Positions 48,898 through 58,484 of a DNA stretch of 64,000 nt are shown here, piece by piece (position 1 is the stretch's first letter; every line of letters starts with the position of its first letter). The position numbers and the translations under genes were made by a program. The notes below the pieces were generated by a model that did no database searches, was not told the origin of the DNA, and saw nothing but the letters and a program-made list of their open reading frames with translations. This stretch comes from Promethearchaeota archaeon. Lineage in GTDB: Archaea; Asgardarchaeota; Lokiarchaeia; Sigyniarchaeales; SOKP01. Where the stretch lies: contig JBHLNT010000001.1 in the NCBI GenBank assembly GCA_048941265.1, positions 21,974 through 85,973 on the forward strand, written 5' to 3'.

Positions 48898-49768
48898 TTT
48901 CGTATTTTTCTAAGGCTCTGCATTCTCGATCATAGCACTCCGCTGACATTTTCTCTTGATCAAGAAATCTATTTGCGCGTTTTAAAAGATTATCAAAATC
49001 AACTATATGTCCATCAACATCTGGACCATCAACACAGGCAAAATAAATATCACCATCGAGTGTTGAAAATCGACATCCACCACACATTCCAGTTCCATCA
49101 ATCATTATTGTATTCAAAGAAACATATGTTTTTACTTTAGGAAAATTTCCAGATCCATTAGTTGTAAGAGTAACATACTTCATCATAATTAAAGGTCCAA
49201 TTGCGATAACAAGACTAATCTTCTCTCGCATAATTAGTTCCTTAAGTGGTTCAGTGACAACTCCTTTTATCCCCTCACTTCCATCGTCAGTACAGATGAT
49301 CAATTCATCACTTACTGAACGCATTTTTTCTCTCCAAAACAATAAATCCTTGTTTCTTGCACCTATTATTGTTATAATTTTATTTCCTGCTTCTTTTAAT
49401 TCCTTTGCTTGAGGATAACAAGGCGCAATTCCAATACCACCGCCTATAATGACAACCGGATATTCATATTTTTCAATATGAATTTTATTTCCAAGAGGTC
49501 CCACAATATCAAGAATCTCATCTCCCACGTTTTGATGAGAAAGTAATTTTGTACTTTTTCCAACAACTTGGACTACTATGGTTATGGTTCCCTTTTCTCG
49601 ATCATAATCTGCTATAGTTAAAGGAAACCGTTCACCCGTCTCATTAATTCTTATTAGAATAAAATTTCCTCCATGAGCTTTTCTTGATATGAGTGGCGTA
49701 TCTAATACCATTTCATATACTTGACCACTATTCCCAAGTTCTCGTTTTTCTAAAATTTTAAAAGGCAA
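48884..49768 (-). CDS. NfnA/SudB/PyrK-like FAD + [2Fe-2S] electron-transfer subunit
   Basis: ERFPLTIADYD (RxxS/T flavin motif region), IGGGIGIAPCYP (NAD(P) fold) and the C-terminal GTGMCGGCR...ACVDGP cluster motif; 294 aa. Confidence 0.8.
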   Translation of the reverse strand: MPFKILEKRELGNSGQVYEMVLDTPLISRKAHGGNFILIRINETGERFPLTIADYDREKGTITIVVQVVGKSTKLLSHQNVGDEILDIVGPLGNKIHIEKYEYPVVIIGGGIGIAPCYPQAKELKEAGNKIITIIGARNKDLLFWREKMRSVSDELIICTDDGSEGIKGVVTEPLKELIMREKISLVIAIGPLIMMKYVTLTTNGSGNFPKVKTYVSLNTIMIDGTGMCGGCRFSTLDGDIYFACVDGPDVDGHIVDFDNLLKRANRFLDQEKMSAECYDRECRALEKYESEAS

Positions 49769-49923
49769 TACTTTTTCCCCTTTTAGTTTAAAATACTTCC
49801 AAATTCTAAGAATTCTAAAATTATTTTGATTTTTTTAAATTTTTGATTATGATTTAGAAGAAAAATTCAAAAAGAAAAAACTTTTTCTGTAGTTGATATT
49901 TGAAATTTTATCTTTTTCTAAAG

Positions 49924-52680
49924 TTATAATAGCCATAACATCTTTCCTATAAATGTTGTCAAATCAATGACTTTAAGTTTATTTTTTAACTCGATATGTT
50001 CATTTAAATAACAATTAAAATGAGCTAGGCATTTTGGACAACTAACGATTAAGTATTCTGCACCTGTATCTATTGCTTCATTTATTCTCTGAGCCTGTAG
50101 AACCTTAGAATACTCATTACAGGTAATATAAGCAGCAACACCACAACAGGAAGCATCCTTTTTATTATTTTCCATTTCTTTAAATTCAATAAATGGAAGC
50201 TTCTCTAATATTTCCCGTGGAGCATCATAGATATTGCTCATTCGACCTAGTCTGCACGCATCGTGATAAGTTATTTTGATCTTCTCTCTTGGAGGAAATT
50301 TTAAGCCATCCAATAGATTTTCCTTCAGAATGTATTCAGTAATATGATAGATTTCAAAATCAAATTGAGAACTCCCCTTAAATAGTTTTTTATACTCATA
50401 CTTCCAAGTATAATATCCTTCTGCACAGCTAAATATTATTGTCTTAACGCCAGCATCTTTAAACAATTGGACGTTATATTTCGCCAATTTTTCAAAGGTA
50501 TTTATATCTCCAACCCAAAGACTATCATGTCCACAGCATTTTTCTTCTGGTAAAACAACCGGGATAATATCTTTTTGATTTAGAAGTCCTATTACTGCTT
50601 TAGGTATTTCTAAATAATCTAAAAGATTTCGATAATGAATATTTGGATGTTCGCCATAATGACAATGTTGGATATTTGATTCATCACAAGCATTAGAATA
50701 AGCAGTAAGATCTTGATCAGTGCTGCAACAAATATTACAACTTAAGCACCTACTTGCTTCTTGGATTGCTTGATCTTGGCTTAGCGCGATCTCTACTTCA
50801 TCAAAAATCTTTATTCTCTCTTCAATTGGTAGCATGTCCATATCTTGTCTAAAAGCCGCTTGAGCGTATTTTTTGGGCATGGGGGATATTTTGGAATCAC
50901 CCTTTCTGACCCTATTTTTCCGTAAATCGATGCCCTTCAAAAAACGATCAATTGAAACAGCAGCTTCATAACCATTTCCTATGGCTTTAATCGCTATACC
51001 CTTCCCTCCAATTATATCTCCACCCGCAAAAACTCCAGGAACATTGGTTTCTAAAGTTATATCATCAGCTTGAATATTACCCCATCTATTGATCTCTAAT
51101 TTATCTTGAAAAGCCCTTCTTACAGAAGATAATTCTGCTATTTGACCTAAAGCAAGAATCAATATATCTAAGTTCATTTTAAATTCTGAGCCCTCAATTG
51201 GAACCGGGCTTCTTCTTCCTGATTCATCAGGTTCTCCTAGCTCCATTTGAATACATTCAACTTCAATTAGATTCCCCTCTTTATCCCCGTATAGTTTCAC
51301 AGGATTAGTTAGAAAGTGAAATTCTACACCTTCTTCTTTTGCGGTTTCAATTTCTTCCCTTAAGGCAGGCATTTCTCTTTCGGAGCGTCTATAAATATCA
51401 ATAACTTTTTTAGCTCCCAATCTTAGAGCTGTTCTTGCCGAATCTATTGCTGCATTTCCACCTCCTACTACACCAACGCTTTTTTCTCTGAAATCAAACT
51501 CTTTTTTTAAGATATTTCTATCTTTTAGAAAATCTAAGCTGCCCATAACATTATTAAGATCCTCACCCTCAATTTTCATTTTTCGATAATCTTGTAACCC
51601 GACTGACAGAAAAAAAGCTTTATATCCCTGATTCTTTAAATCATCATATGTTAAATTGGAACCTACTGGAGAATTTGTTTTGATTTCAACACCCATTTTT
51701 TCGATAAATTCTATCTCGTAATCTAATATATCATATGGTAATCGATATTTAGGGATACCGGCTCTGAGCATGCCCCCCTTATAGGATGATTCTTCGAATA
51801 CAGTAGGTTTATAACCCATTCTAGCTAAATAATATGCAGCTGTCAACCCTGCAGGTCCTGAACCGATTATCGCAACTTTTTCTTTAGTTTGTTTGACAGG
51901 TTCAATTTCTGATTGGTTTGGATTCTTTAATTCCCAATCTGAAATAAAGCGTTTTAATGCCCGGATAGCGACAGGATCATCAATTTCTTTTCGATTACAA
52001 TAATCTTCACAGGGCTGGGTACAAATTCGTCCACAAACTAACGGGAAAGGATTTTTTTCCCTAATTAAATCAAGAGCTTCTTGAAATTTTCCTTCACCGA
52101 TTAAAGAGACATAACCTTGAACATCAACTCCTGCTGGACATGCATTTGAGCAGGGTGCAACCGAATTCATAAAAGGGAGACATCCCATAAAATATGCTAT
52201 TTCTCCCTTATCAGTAATTTTTAAATGAGTATCATCCAAAAACCCAATTTTATTATATATCTCAATTTCGTCATTAGCCATTAAATAAGGCAAATTTGAA
52301 TATAATCTGCCATGATGACACTCCAGTTGTTGATTTTGGAGGGGCTCATACTCAGTAGCTAATGAACGTAATTCTAAAATTATCTCTGGGATATTAACCC
52401 CTACGTTATCCTTAGTCATTGGGCAATACTCCATGCACTCCCCACAAGTTAAACAATACCAAATATTGTGCTTCTCTAATACCTCTTCTGGAGGTAGAAA
52501 TGTTAAATCATTGATTAAATCCCTTGGATGAAATATTCCTAAATAAGACAAGGGACATACATTCACGCATCTGTTACAATTAAAGCAATAATTTGCTGCA
52601 GCTCTCACCTTTTCAATAAATTCCTTTGAAATAATTTTTTTTTCCTTATTATGAGTACTTTTATCACTTGATTCGGTCAT
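49924..52680 (-). CDS. HdrC-like 2x[4Fe-4S] + GltD/NfnB-like flavoprotein + HdrB/HdrD-type CCG-domain fusion oxidoreductase
   Basis: The N-terminus has CFNCNRCVNVCP...CLTCGECMEYCP. The middle has CSNACPAGVDV...VCGRICTQPCEDYC, VAIIGSGPAGLTAA, VVGGGNAAIDSARTALRLGA and VFAGGD. The C-terminus has CLSCNICC plus two CCG motifs (EEKCCGHDS, DASCCGVAAY). Confidence 0.8.
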   Translation of the reverse strand: MTESSDKSTHNKEKKIISKEFIEKVRAAANYCFNCNRCVNVCPLSYLGIFHPRDLINDLTFLPPEEVLEKHNIWYCLTCGECMEYCPMTKDNVGVNIPEIILELRSLATEYEPLQNQQLECHHGRLYSNLPYLMANDEIEIYNKIGFLDDTHLKITDKGEIAYFMGCLPFMNSVAPCSNACPAGVDVQGYVSLIGEGKFQEALDLIREKNPFPLVCGRICTQPCEDYCNRKEIDDPVAIRALKRFISDWELKNPNQSEIEPVKQTKEKVAIIGSGPAGLTAAYYLARMGYKPTVFEESSYKGGMLRAGIPKYRLPYDILDYEIEFIEKMGVEIKTNSPVGSNLTYDDLKNQGYKAFFLSVGLQDYRKMKIEGEDLNNVMGSLDFLKDRNILKKEFDFREKSVGVVGGGNAAIDSARTALRLGAKKVIDIYRRSEREMPALREEIETAKEEGVEFHFLTNPVKLYGDKEGNLIEVECIQMELGEPDESGRRSPVPIEGSEFKMNLDILILALGQIAELSSVRRAFQDKLEINRWGNIQADDITLETNVPGVFAGGDIIGGKGIAIKAIGNGYEAAVSIDRFLKGIDLRKNRVRKGDSKISPMPKKYAQAAFRQDMDMLPIEERIKIFDEVEIALSQDQAIQEASRCLSCNICCSTDQDLTAYSNACDESNIQHCHYGEHPNIHYRNLLDYLEIPKAVIGLLNQKDIIPVVLPEEKCCGHDSLWVGDINTFEKLAKYNVQLFKDAGVKTIIFSCAEGYYTWKYEYKKLFKGSSQFDFEIYHITEYILKENLLDGLKFPPREKIKITYHDACRLGRMSNIYDAPREILEKLPFIEFKEMENNKKDASCCGVAAYITCNEYSKVLQAQRINEAIDTGAEYLIVSCPKCLAHFNCYLNEHIELKNKLKVIDLTTFIGKMLWLL

Positions 52681-52786
52681 TTTTCAAATATAATCATAAT
52701 TCTCCTTTATTAGTATAATTAAATCGGAATTTTATATGCAATTATTTTAAATATAAATACATCATATTAAAAAACAATAAATTATT

Positions 52787-53536
52787 TTGGACAAAACTAT
52801 AAAAGTAAAAATAGGGATTCATTTGATATCGCAAGTCTTGGATCTCGCAAGATTTCTTTTAAATTTTATAGTTTTTGCTTTTTATGGAATCGTTTTTATT
52901 TTTTTGGCATATAGAGTTATAAAAAGAAATAGAACGAGAATTAGCTTTATAATCACAGGCTTTTACTTATCTTGTGGAACAGGTGTCATAGTAGACCTTG
53001 TTTATATCATCATTACGCCTCTTATAGAGGATTTAATACTTTTATTTTTATATTTCATTACAGTCTTCCTTTTAAGCATGTCCTTATGTTTCTTAAACTT
53101 ATTTGTTATGATGTTATATAAATCAGAAAGGATTTTTACTACACAAATTCAATTACTCTATTTATTTTTTTTTAGTATATTAATCTTAACACTTTTTCTC
53201 ATCCCTAATGCTGTTGCTATAAACGAAAGTACAGGTTGGAGACCAAAATGGAGTCTAGTATTTACGGTTCTCTTTTTGATGATTTGCACTTTTGGAGCGA
53301 TTATTCCTACTTATTATTATTCCATCAAATTATATCAAAAAATTGAAAACAAAGATTTAAGAAAAAGATGGCTCTGTTTCATTATTGGAATTTCAGGTTA
53401 TTTCTTTTTATGTTATGGTACTTCCTATTTTTGTTATTTCGGGCACGTCAATTTAATAATTTGGGCCATTATAGCTATGCCCTCCTTAATCAATTTATAT
53501 CTTATCTATTACGGTATTGGACGTCAAATGGAGTAA
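52787..53536 (+). CDS. hypothetical 7-TM membrane protein (tandem paralog 1 of 3)
   Basis: Seven hydrophobic segments. Shared landmarks with the next two genes are the (I/V)NEST.W.PKWS loop, KRW-F-IIG and the C-terminal YYG(I/V)G(R/K). Confidence 0.6.
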   Translation: MDKTIKVKIGIHLISQVLDLARFLLNFIVFAFYGIVFIFLAYRVIKRNRTRISFIITGFYLSCGTGVIVDLVYIIITPLIEDLILLFLYFITVFLLSMSLCFLNLFVMMLYKSERIFTTQIQLLYLFFFSILILTLFLIPNAVAINESTGWRPKWSLVFTVLFLMICTFGAIIPTYYYSIKLYQKIENKDLRKRWLCFIIGISGYFFLCYGTSYFCYFGHVNLIIWAIIAMPSLINLYLIYYGIGRQME

Positions 53537-53694
53537 GAATTAAACGTGTTATTTTGCAAATATTTTATTACTAAAAATAATCTATCTTTTTAAAGTAAAA
53601 GAAATTAGACATAAAAAAAATAAAAATTTTTATTACAAAAACAGTTTATTTATTATATAATTAGGGATGGGGTAAGTAATAAATATTTAGACAA

Positions 53695-54384
53695 ATGGAC
53701 GTCGCTCGATTCATTCAAATTTATATTGTTCAAGGATTAATTGGTTTGTTTTATCTTTATATGTCATATGTAATTCTAAGACGGGATAAAAAAAATCTTC
53801 ATCTTGCACTATGTGGTTTTTATGTATGTGTAGGCTTAGGAGTTATAATAAATATAATTTATGCCTCCTTTTTTGATGAAGCTCTTGTATATCTTCTTCA
53901 TTTTTTAACGTATTTTTTGCTTTGTTTTTGTCAAGTTTTCTTACTAATTTTTGTATTAATTTTAACTAAATCTAAGAATATAATTAATCTAAAAGTCCAA
54001 TTAGTTTTAATTATTACTTTTGGGATACTTCTATGTGGACTATGGTTTATCCCGAATGGAATTACGATTAATGAAACCACAAATTGGAAACCTGTTTGGA
54101 GCAGGGAATTTTTAATTTATTCTTATGCTGTTTGTACCTTGTTTACATTTGGACCTTTGATATATTATTCAACAAAGATCTATCTCAAATTAGAGAGTTT
54201 ATATTTAAAGAGAAAGTGGCTATTTTTCATAATAGGATTATTGTCTTACTACTTTCTTTATTATGGTACTTCTCTGTCAAATTCTTTAAATGATTCTGGA
54301 TTTAGATTGATATGGTCTATTATATCCCTCTTTGTAATACCATCAACATACCTTATTTATTACGGAGTCGGAAGGGAGTTATAA
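53695..54384 (+). CDS. hypothetical 7-TM membrane protein (tandem paralog 2 of 3)
   Basis: ARFIQIYIVQG, PNGITINETTNWKPVWS, LKRKWLFFIIG and LIYYGVGRE. Confidence 0.6.
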   Translation: MDVARFIQIYIVQGLIGLFYLYMSYVILRRDKKNLHLALCGFYVCVGLGVIINIIYASFFDEALVYLLHFLTYFLLCFCQVFLLIFVLILTKSKNIINLKVQLVLIITFGILLCGLWFIPNGITINETTNWKPVWSREFLIYSYAVCTLFTFGPLIYYSTKIYLKLESLYLKRKWLFFIIGLLSYYFLYYGTSLSNSLNDSGFRLIWSIISLFVIPSTYLIYYGVGREL

Positions 54385-54597
54385 TTAGTAAACTTAACTA
54401 TTATATGCATATTCATAAAGACACAGTTAAGCAGATATAATATAGACCATTAAAATAATTTTTGGTAAAAATTCTTCATATGGAATTAAGTTAAATAGAA
54501 AACTTAAATTTTTAATGGATTAGTGAGATCTTAATACTAATAATATTTTATTTAAAAATTAGAATAAATTAAGTAAAACCAGAGGGAGATCGAATTT

Positions 54598-55314
54598 ATG
54601 GTATTTTATCAATTAGATCTTGCTAGAATTATTCAAGTATACATTGTTCAAGGTTCTGTGGCAATTTTTTTTGTAATTCTCGCATATAAAATACTTAAGC
54701 GTGATACTAAAAGGTTAAATTTAATGTTTAGCTGTTTTTATTTAAGTATAACCATAGGCCTTATCGTGAATATTATTTATGTTCCTTTGACTATTGAGGC
54801 TATTGTATTAGTTCTTTACTATATTACAATCTTCTTCATTTTATTAGGACCCATATTTCTTCTTGTGGTTGAATTAATGCTGTTAAAGTCCGAAAAAGTT
54901 ATTAATACCACTAAGCAATTAACAATTATCTTAATTTATGCGATTGCATTATCTTGTATGATATTCATCCCAAATGGAGTCACTATTAATTCTAGCACAG
55001 AATGGAAACCAGTTTGGAGTATTCCTTATTTTATCTATACAATCACAGTACTCACAGTTGGAGCAATAGTACCATCTTTATATTTTTCTTACCAAATATA
55101 TAAGCAATTTGAAGATGAAAAGTTAAAGAAAAAGTGGGGATATTTCATTATTGGTCTTTATGGACTTATTTTTCTCATGTATGGTACATTGACTTCGAAT
55201 ACATTAAATGACCAAACATTTAGGACAGTATGGGCGATAATATCACTATTTTTAATCACTGTCCCCCCATATCTCGTATATTATGGAGTTGGCAAAGAGC
55301 TGGAAGCAGATTAA
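54598..55314 (+). CDS. hypothetical 7-TM membrane protein (tandem paralog 3 of 3)
   Basis: ARIIQVYIVQG, PNGVTINSSTEWKPVWS, LKKKWGYFIIG and LVYYGVGKE. Confidence 0.6.
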   Translation: MVFYQLDLARIIQVYIVQGSVAIFFVILAYKILKRDTKRLNLMFSCFYLSITIGLIVNIIYVPLTIEAIVLVLYYITIFFILLGPIFLLVVELMLLKSEKVINTTKQLTIILIYAIALSCMIFIPNGVTINSSTEWKPVWSIPYFIYTITVLTVGAIVPSLYFSYQIYKQFEDEKLKKKWGYFIIGLYGLIFLMYGTLTSNTLNDQTFRTVWAIISLFLITVPPYLVYYGVGKELEAD

Positions 55315-55470
55315 AGAAATTAATAAATTAAATTCTTATTTTTTTTACTTAAATTTTATTTTTTGGAGATAACTATATATGTATAAGATTAGTAAATAAT
55401 TTGAATTGTGCAGAATTTCAGTTATTATATAGCTTAATTTCTCGGAATTATAATCTCGTATAGAAATTTT

Positions 55471-55824
55471 ATGTCAGTTGTGAGTGAACTTTTACGTGTA
55501 AAAGGAATTGGTCCTAAAGCTGCTGAAAGATTAAATAAAGCAGGGATTAGTTCAATTGAACAACTGGCAAATGCAAAACCCGAAGAATTAGCTTTTGTAA
55601 AAGGTATCGGTATCGTTTCAGCGAAAAAAATAAAGGAAAATGCTCAATATATTTTAAATTTTGAAAGAGGCCTTACAATTGTTTTAGATAAAATCAGAGA
55701 AAATTTTTCAAAGAGTTGTCCCAAATGTGGAGGAGATATGGAAAAAAAATTCATAATCTTAGGACCTGAAAGGAGAATATCCGCAAACCAATGTAAATTA
55801 TGTAAATTCTATATGCCCAGTTGA
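55471..55824 (+). CDS. helix-hairpin-helix + zinc-ribbon protein
   Basis: Two HhH motifs (LLRVKGIGPKAAERLNKAGI and LAFVKGIGIVSAKKI) are followed by CPKCGG...CKLCKF. Confidence 0.65.
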   Translation: MSVVSELLRVKGIGPKAAERLNKAGISSIEQLANAKPEELAFVKGIGIVSAKKIKENAQYILNFERGLTIVLDKIRENFSKSCPKCGGDMEKKFIILGPERRISANQCKLCKFYMPS

Positions 55825-55894
55825 AAACAGTTGCAAATTAATTAAATAATAATTAGATAAATCAATTATAAAGATAATATTAAACTTTTTCAGA

Positions 55895-56917
55895 TTAAAT
55901 TTGAAAATATAAGAGTTTTAAAATAGCATAAAAACCAAAAAATCCAATTAATAGTAAAGCTTCCCATTTCTTAAGAGTTTTTTCTGTCCATAAAAAACAA
56001 TAAGATAAACACAAGGCAATAAAAAGCATAGGGATATCAAAAGTTATTATAATGAGTGCTACATTAAACTCTGAAATTACAGCACCTAAACCTGTTGCTA
56101 AAAGAATATCACAAATATTTGATCCTAGAATATCACCTACGGCAAGTCCCTCTGATCTTCGACGTAGAGCAGTTAAATCGGCTGCTAGTTCTGGTAAACT
56201 AGTACCTACTCCAACAATTAATATTCCAATAACGTTTGCAGGAATATCCAAAGATTTTGCCAGTTGAATCGAAAAAATAATAGTAGTTTCAGCAGCTATT
56301 AGCAAAATACAAAGCCCAATTAAGAAGATTCCGATATCTTGCTTCAATGTTGTATTTTTAAGGATTTGTTCCATAGGCTCGAAATAATCCTGTTCTAATT
56401 CATCCTTTTCATAAAATTCTTCTTTATATTTTTTTTGTTCAATCTTTCTTTCACTAATTATGATTAAAACCAAATACATAAAATATGTTATTATCATTAT
56501 TGAAGCTTCAATACGGGTTATCACTCCATCAACAGCACATAATAAAAACACGATTAATGAAATAAATAACATAAGACCCTCTCGCTTTAATACCCATTTA
56601 TTAACAAATATTGAACGACTTAAACCTAAAATACCTAGAATAAGCGTTATTTGGCAAAAGAAAGAACCTACTTTATTCCCAATTACAATTCCATCTATAT
56701 TACTTGAAACACCTGCTAATTTATCAATTCCGCCTGATATACTTATAGCAATTTCAGGTAAACTAGTGCCAATTGCTAATATCGTGAGTCCGACCATTAA
56801 ATGACTGATTTCTAGGCGGTAAGCAATGTTTTCCAAACTTCTTATCACTAACTTCGAACCAAAATACAATGCAATAAAACCAACTAAAATCATTAAAATT
56901 GTAATCAGTAAAATCAT
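55895..56917 (-). CDS. Ca2+/cation antiporter (CaCA family, YrbG/NCX-like)
   Basis: Two alpha-repeat signatures, LAIGTSLPEIAISI and VGVGTSLPELAADL, in about 10 TM helices. Confidence 0.85.
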   Translation of the reverse strand: MILLITILMILVGFIALYFGSKLVIRSLENIAYRLEISHLMVGLTILAIGTSLPEIAISISGGIDKLAGVSSNIDGIVIGNKVGSFFCQITLILGILGLSRSIFVNKWVLKREGLMLFISLIVFLLCAVDGVITRIEASIMIITYFMYLVLIIISERKIEQKKYKEEFYEKDELEQDYFEPMEQILKNTTLKQDIGIFLIGLCILLIAAETTIIFSIQLAKSLDIPANVIGILIVGVGTSLPELAADLTALRRRSEGLAVGDILGSNICDILLATGLGAVISEFNVALIIITFDIPMLFIALCLSYCFLWTEKTLKKWEALLLIGFFGFYAILKLLYFQI

Positions 56918-57269
56918 ATTTTCAACCTTTCACTAAAATGGTGAATTTTTAATCTTTAGTAAAACTCTTCCCATCAAACAGAATAACTAATTCTAATTAT
57001 TGATAACTCTAAATTATTTTTTAAACAAGAGACATCTAACTCATTAGGATTTGCTCAGGTTGTATATAAATCTTAAACATTTTTTAAATAGTATAGATGG
57101 GGATTATTGTTTCCAAATATATTAGAATAAAGTAATATATAAATGTATCCTTTTTTTGCACTAAAAAAATACAAAAAAAAAACAACTAAATTCCTAAATT
57201 TAGACAAAAATAGGATAATAAAATGACATTTGATAAAGTTATTAAAGAAATAATTTTAGAATATATTTA

Positions 57270-57443
57270 ATGGATAATGAAAAAAATAAAGATATGCACG
57301 AATTGCATGTTACGCTTGAAAAAGAAGTGTTCGATAGATTAGAAACTATTAAAGATTATCATGGAATAAAGAATCTTACTGAAATTGTTCGATTTTTAAT
57401 AACGAAAGAATATAGACACATAAAAAAGTCTGAAAAAAATTAG
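57270..57443 (+). CDS. small ribbon-helix-helix (CopG/Arc-like) protein, not in the supplied ORF track (57 aa)
   Basis: My translation is MDNEKNKDMHELHVTLEKEVFDRLETIKDYHGIKNLTEIVRFLITKEYRHIKKSEKN. It has a beta-strand (LHVTLEKE) followed by two helices, which is the RHH layout. Confidence 0.45.
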   Translation: MDNEKNKDMHELHVTLEKEVFDRLETIKDYHGIKNLTEIVRFLITKEYRHIKKSEKN

Positions 57444-57486
57444 CGATTCTTATAATCTTATTTAAAAAAATTTCAATTTTTAGCTA

Positions 57487-58242
57487 TTATTTAATTCTCT
57501 TCATTAGTGCCGTAAAAATTTCGCTAGCACTACCTCGTAAAAAAATGTCAGCGAGATTGTCCATAACCGTACTTTCTCTATTGATAAAAATAATACTTGC
57601 TCCATATTGTTTAGCGATGGTCGGCATGAAATTCGCGGGTGAAACTACTAAAGAACTCCCTACCATAAGAAAACAATCACATTCTCTGCAAGCATTCATT
57701 GCCCCCTCCATAACACCCATAGGTAAGGATTCTCCGAATAGGATCACTTTTGGTTTAATATAACCAGAACATTCGCATATAGGATATTTAACGCTTTTAG
57801 TATCAATATCCTTGTAATGGAACTCTTTCCTGCATTTTATACACTCTAAAATACCAAATTGTCCGTGAAGTTCGTAAATATTAGCCCCATATTCTCCACT
57901 TCCGGCTTTTTGATGAAGCATATCTACATTCTGAGTGATTAAAGCTTTAACTTTTCCAAGTTTTTCTAATTCTGCTATGGCTTTATGAGCGAGATTTGGT
58001 TGGGCTTCAGATACAAGATCTTCCAGCTCTTTGTGCATTTCCCAGAATTTAGAGGGATCATCTAAAAAGTAATCATAACTCGCATAAATAGCAGGATCAT
58101 ATCGACTCCAAAGCCCCCCCTCACTTCGAAAATCATCAATTCCGGATTCTGTTGAAATACCTGCCCCCGTAAAAACAACAATATAATTAGCTTCTTTAAT
58201 AATATTTGCTGCGTCTGTTATTTGTTTTTCATCTATCATCAA
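57487..58242 (-). CDS. cobB: NAD-dependent protein deacylase, Sir2 family (CobB-like)
   Basis: FTGAGISTESGIDDFRS, ITQNVDMLHQKAG, ELHG and the Zn ribbon CIKCRKEF...CECSG; 251 aa. Confidence 0.9.
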   Translation of the reverse strand: MMIDEKQITDAANIIKEANYIVVFTGAGISTESGIDDFRSEGGLWSRYDPAIYASYDYFLDDPSKFWEMHKELEDLVSEAQPNLAHKAIAELEKLGKVKALITQNVDMLHQKAGSGEYGANIYELHGQFGILECIKCRKEFHYKDIDTKSVKYPICECSGYIKPKVILFGESLPMGVMEGAMNACRECDCFLMVGSSLVVSPANFMPTIAKQYGASIIFINRESTVMDNLADIFLRGSASEIFTALMKRIK

Positions 58243-58484
58243 AATTAATTTACAACTTTATTATATTTAATATTATAATTTGTAAAATATCGATTTTAAC
58301 CTTTTAAATAAAAGTGAAAAATTGTAGGTTTAATATTATAACAGGATTATATTTAGGACGTATTTAAGCCCACCATAGCTAGTAACTATGTATTCCTATA
58401 TTCGGTGGATTGTAAGCATTGTCAAATGTTTTTTCAGAGAGAGATGAATTTTTACAGCTTCGAGTATAAATTCTTCAATATTCT

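Noticed and set aside
53368-54293. Alternative-frame ORFs 53368-53574 and 54084-54293 within the 7-TM genes
   Set aside because: They are same-strand out-of-frame overlaps. The 7-TM frames are supported by three-way paralog conservation and these are not.
58361-58425. A short inverted repeat (CCACC ... GGTGG) in the Sir2/PIG-L intergenic region, considered as a tRNA fragment or attachment site
   Set aside because: The stem is only 5 bp with a long AT-rich loop, there are no tRNA features, and it is likely fortuitous.
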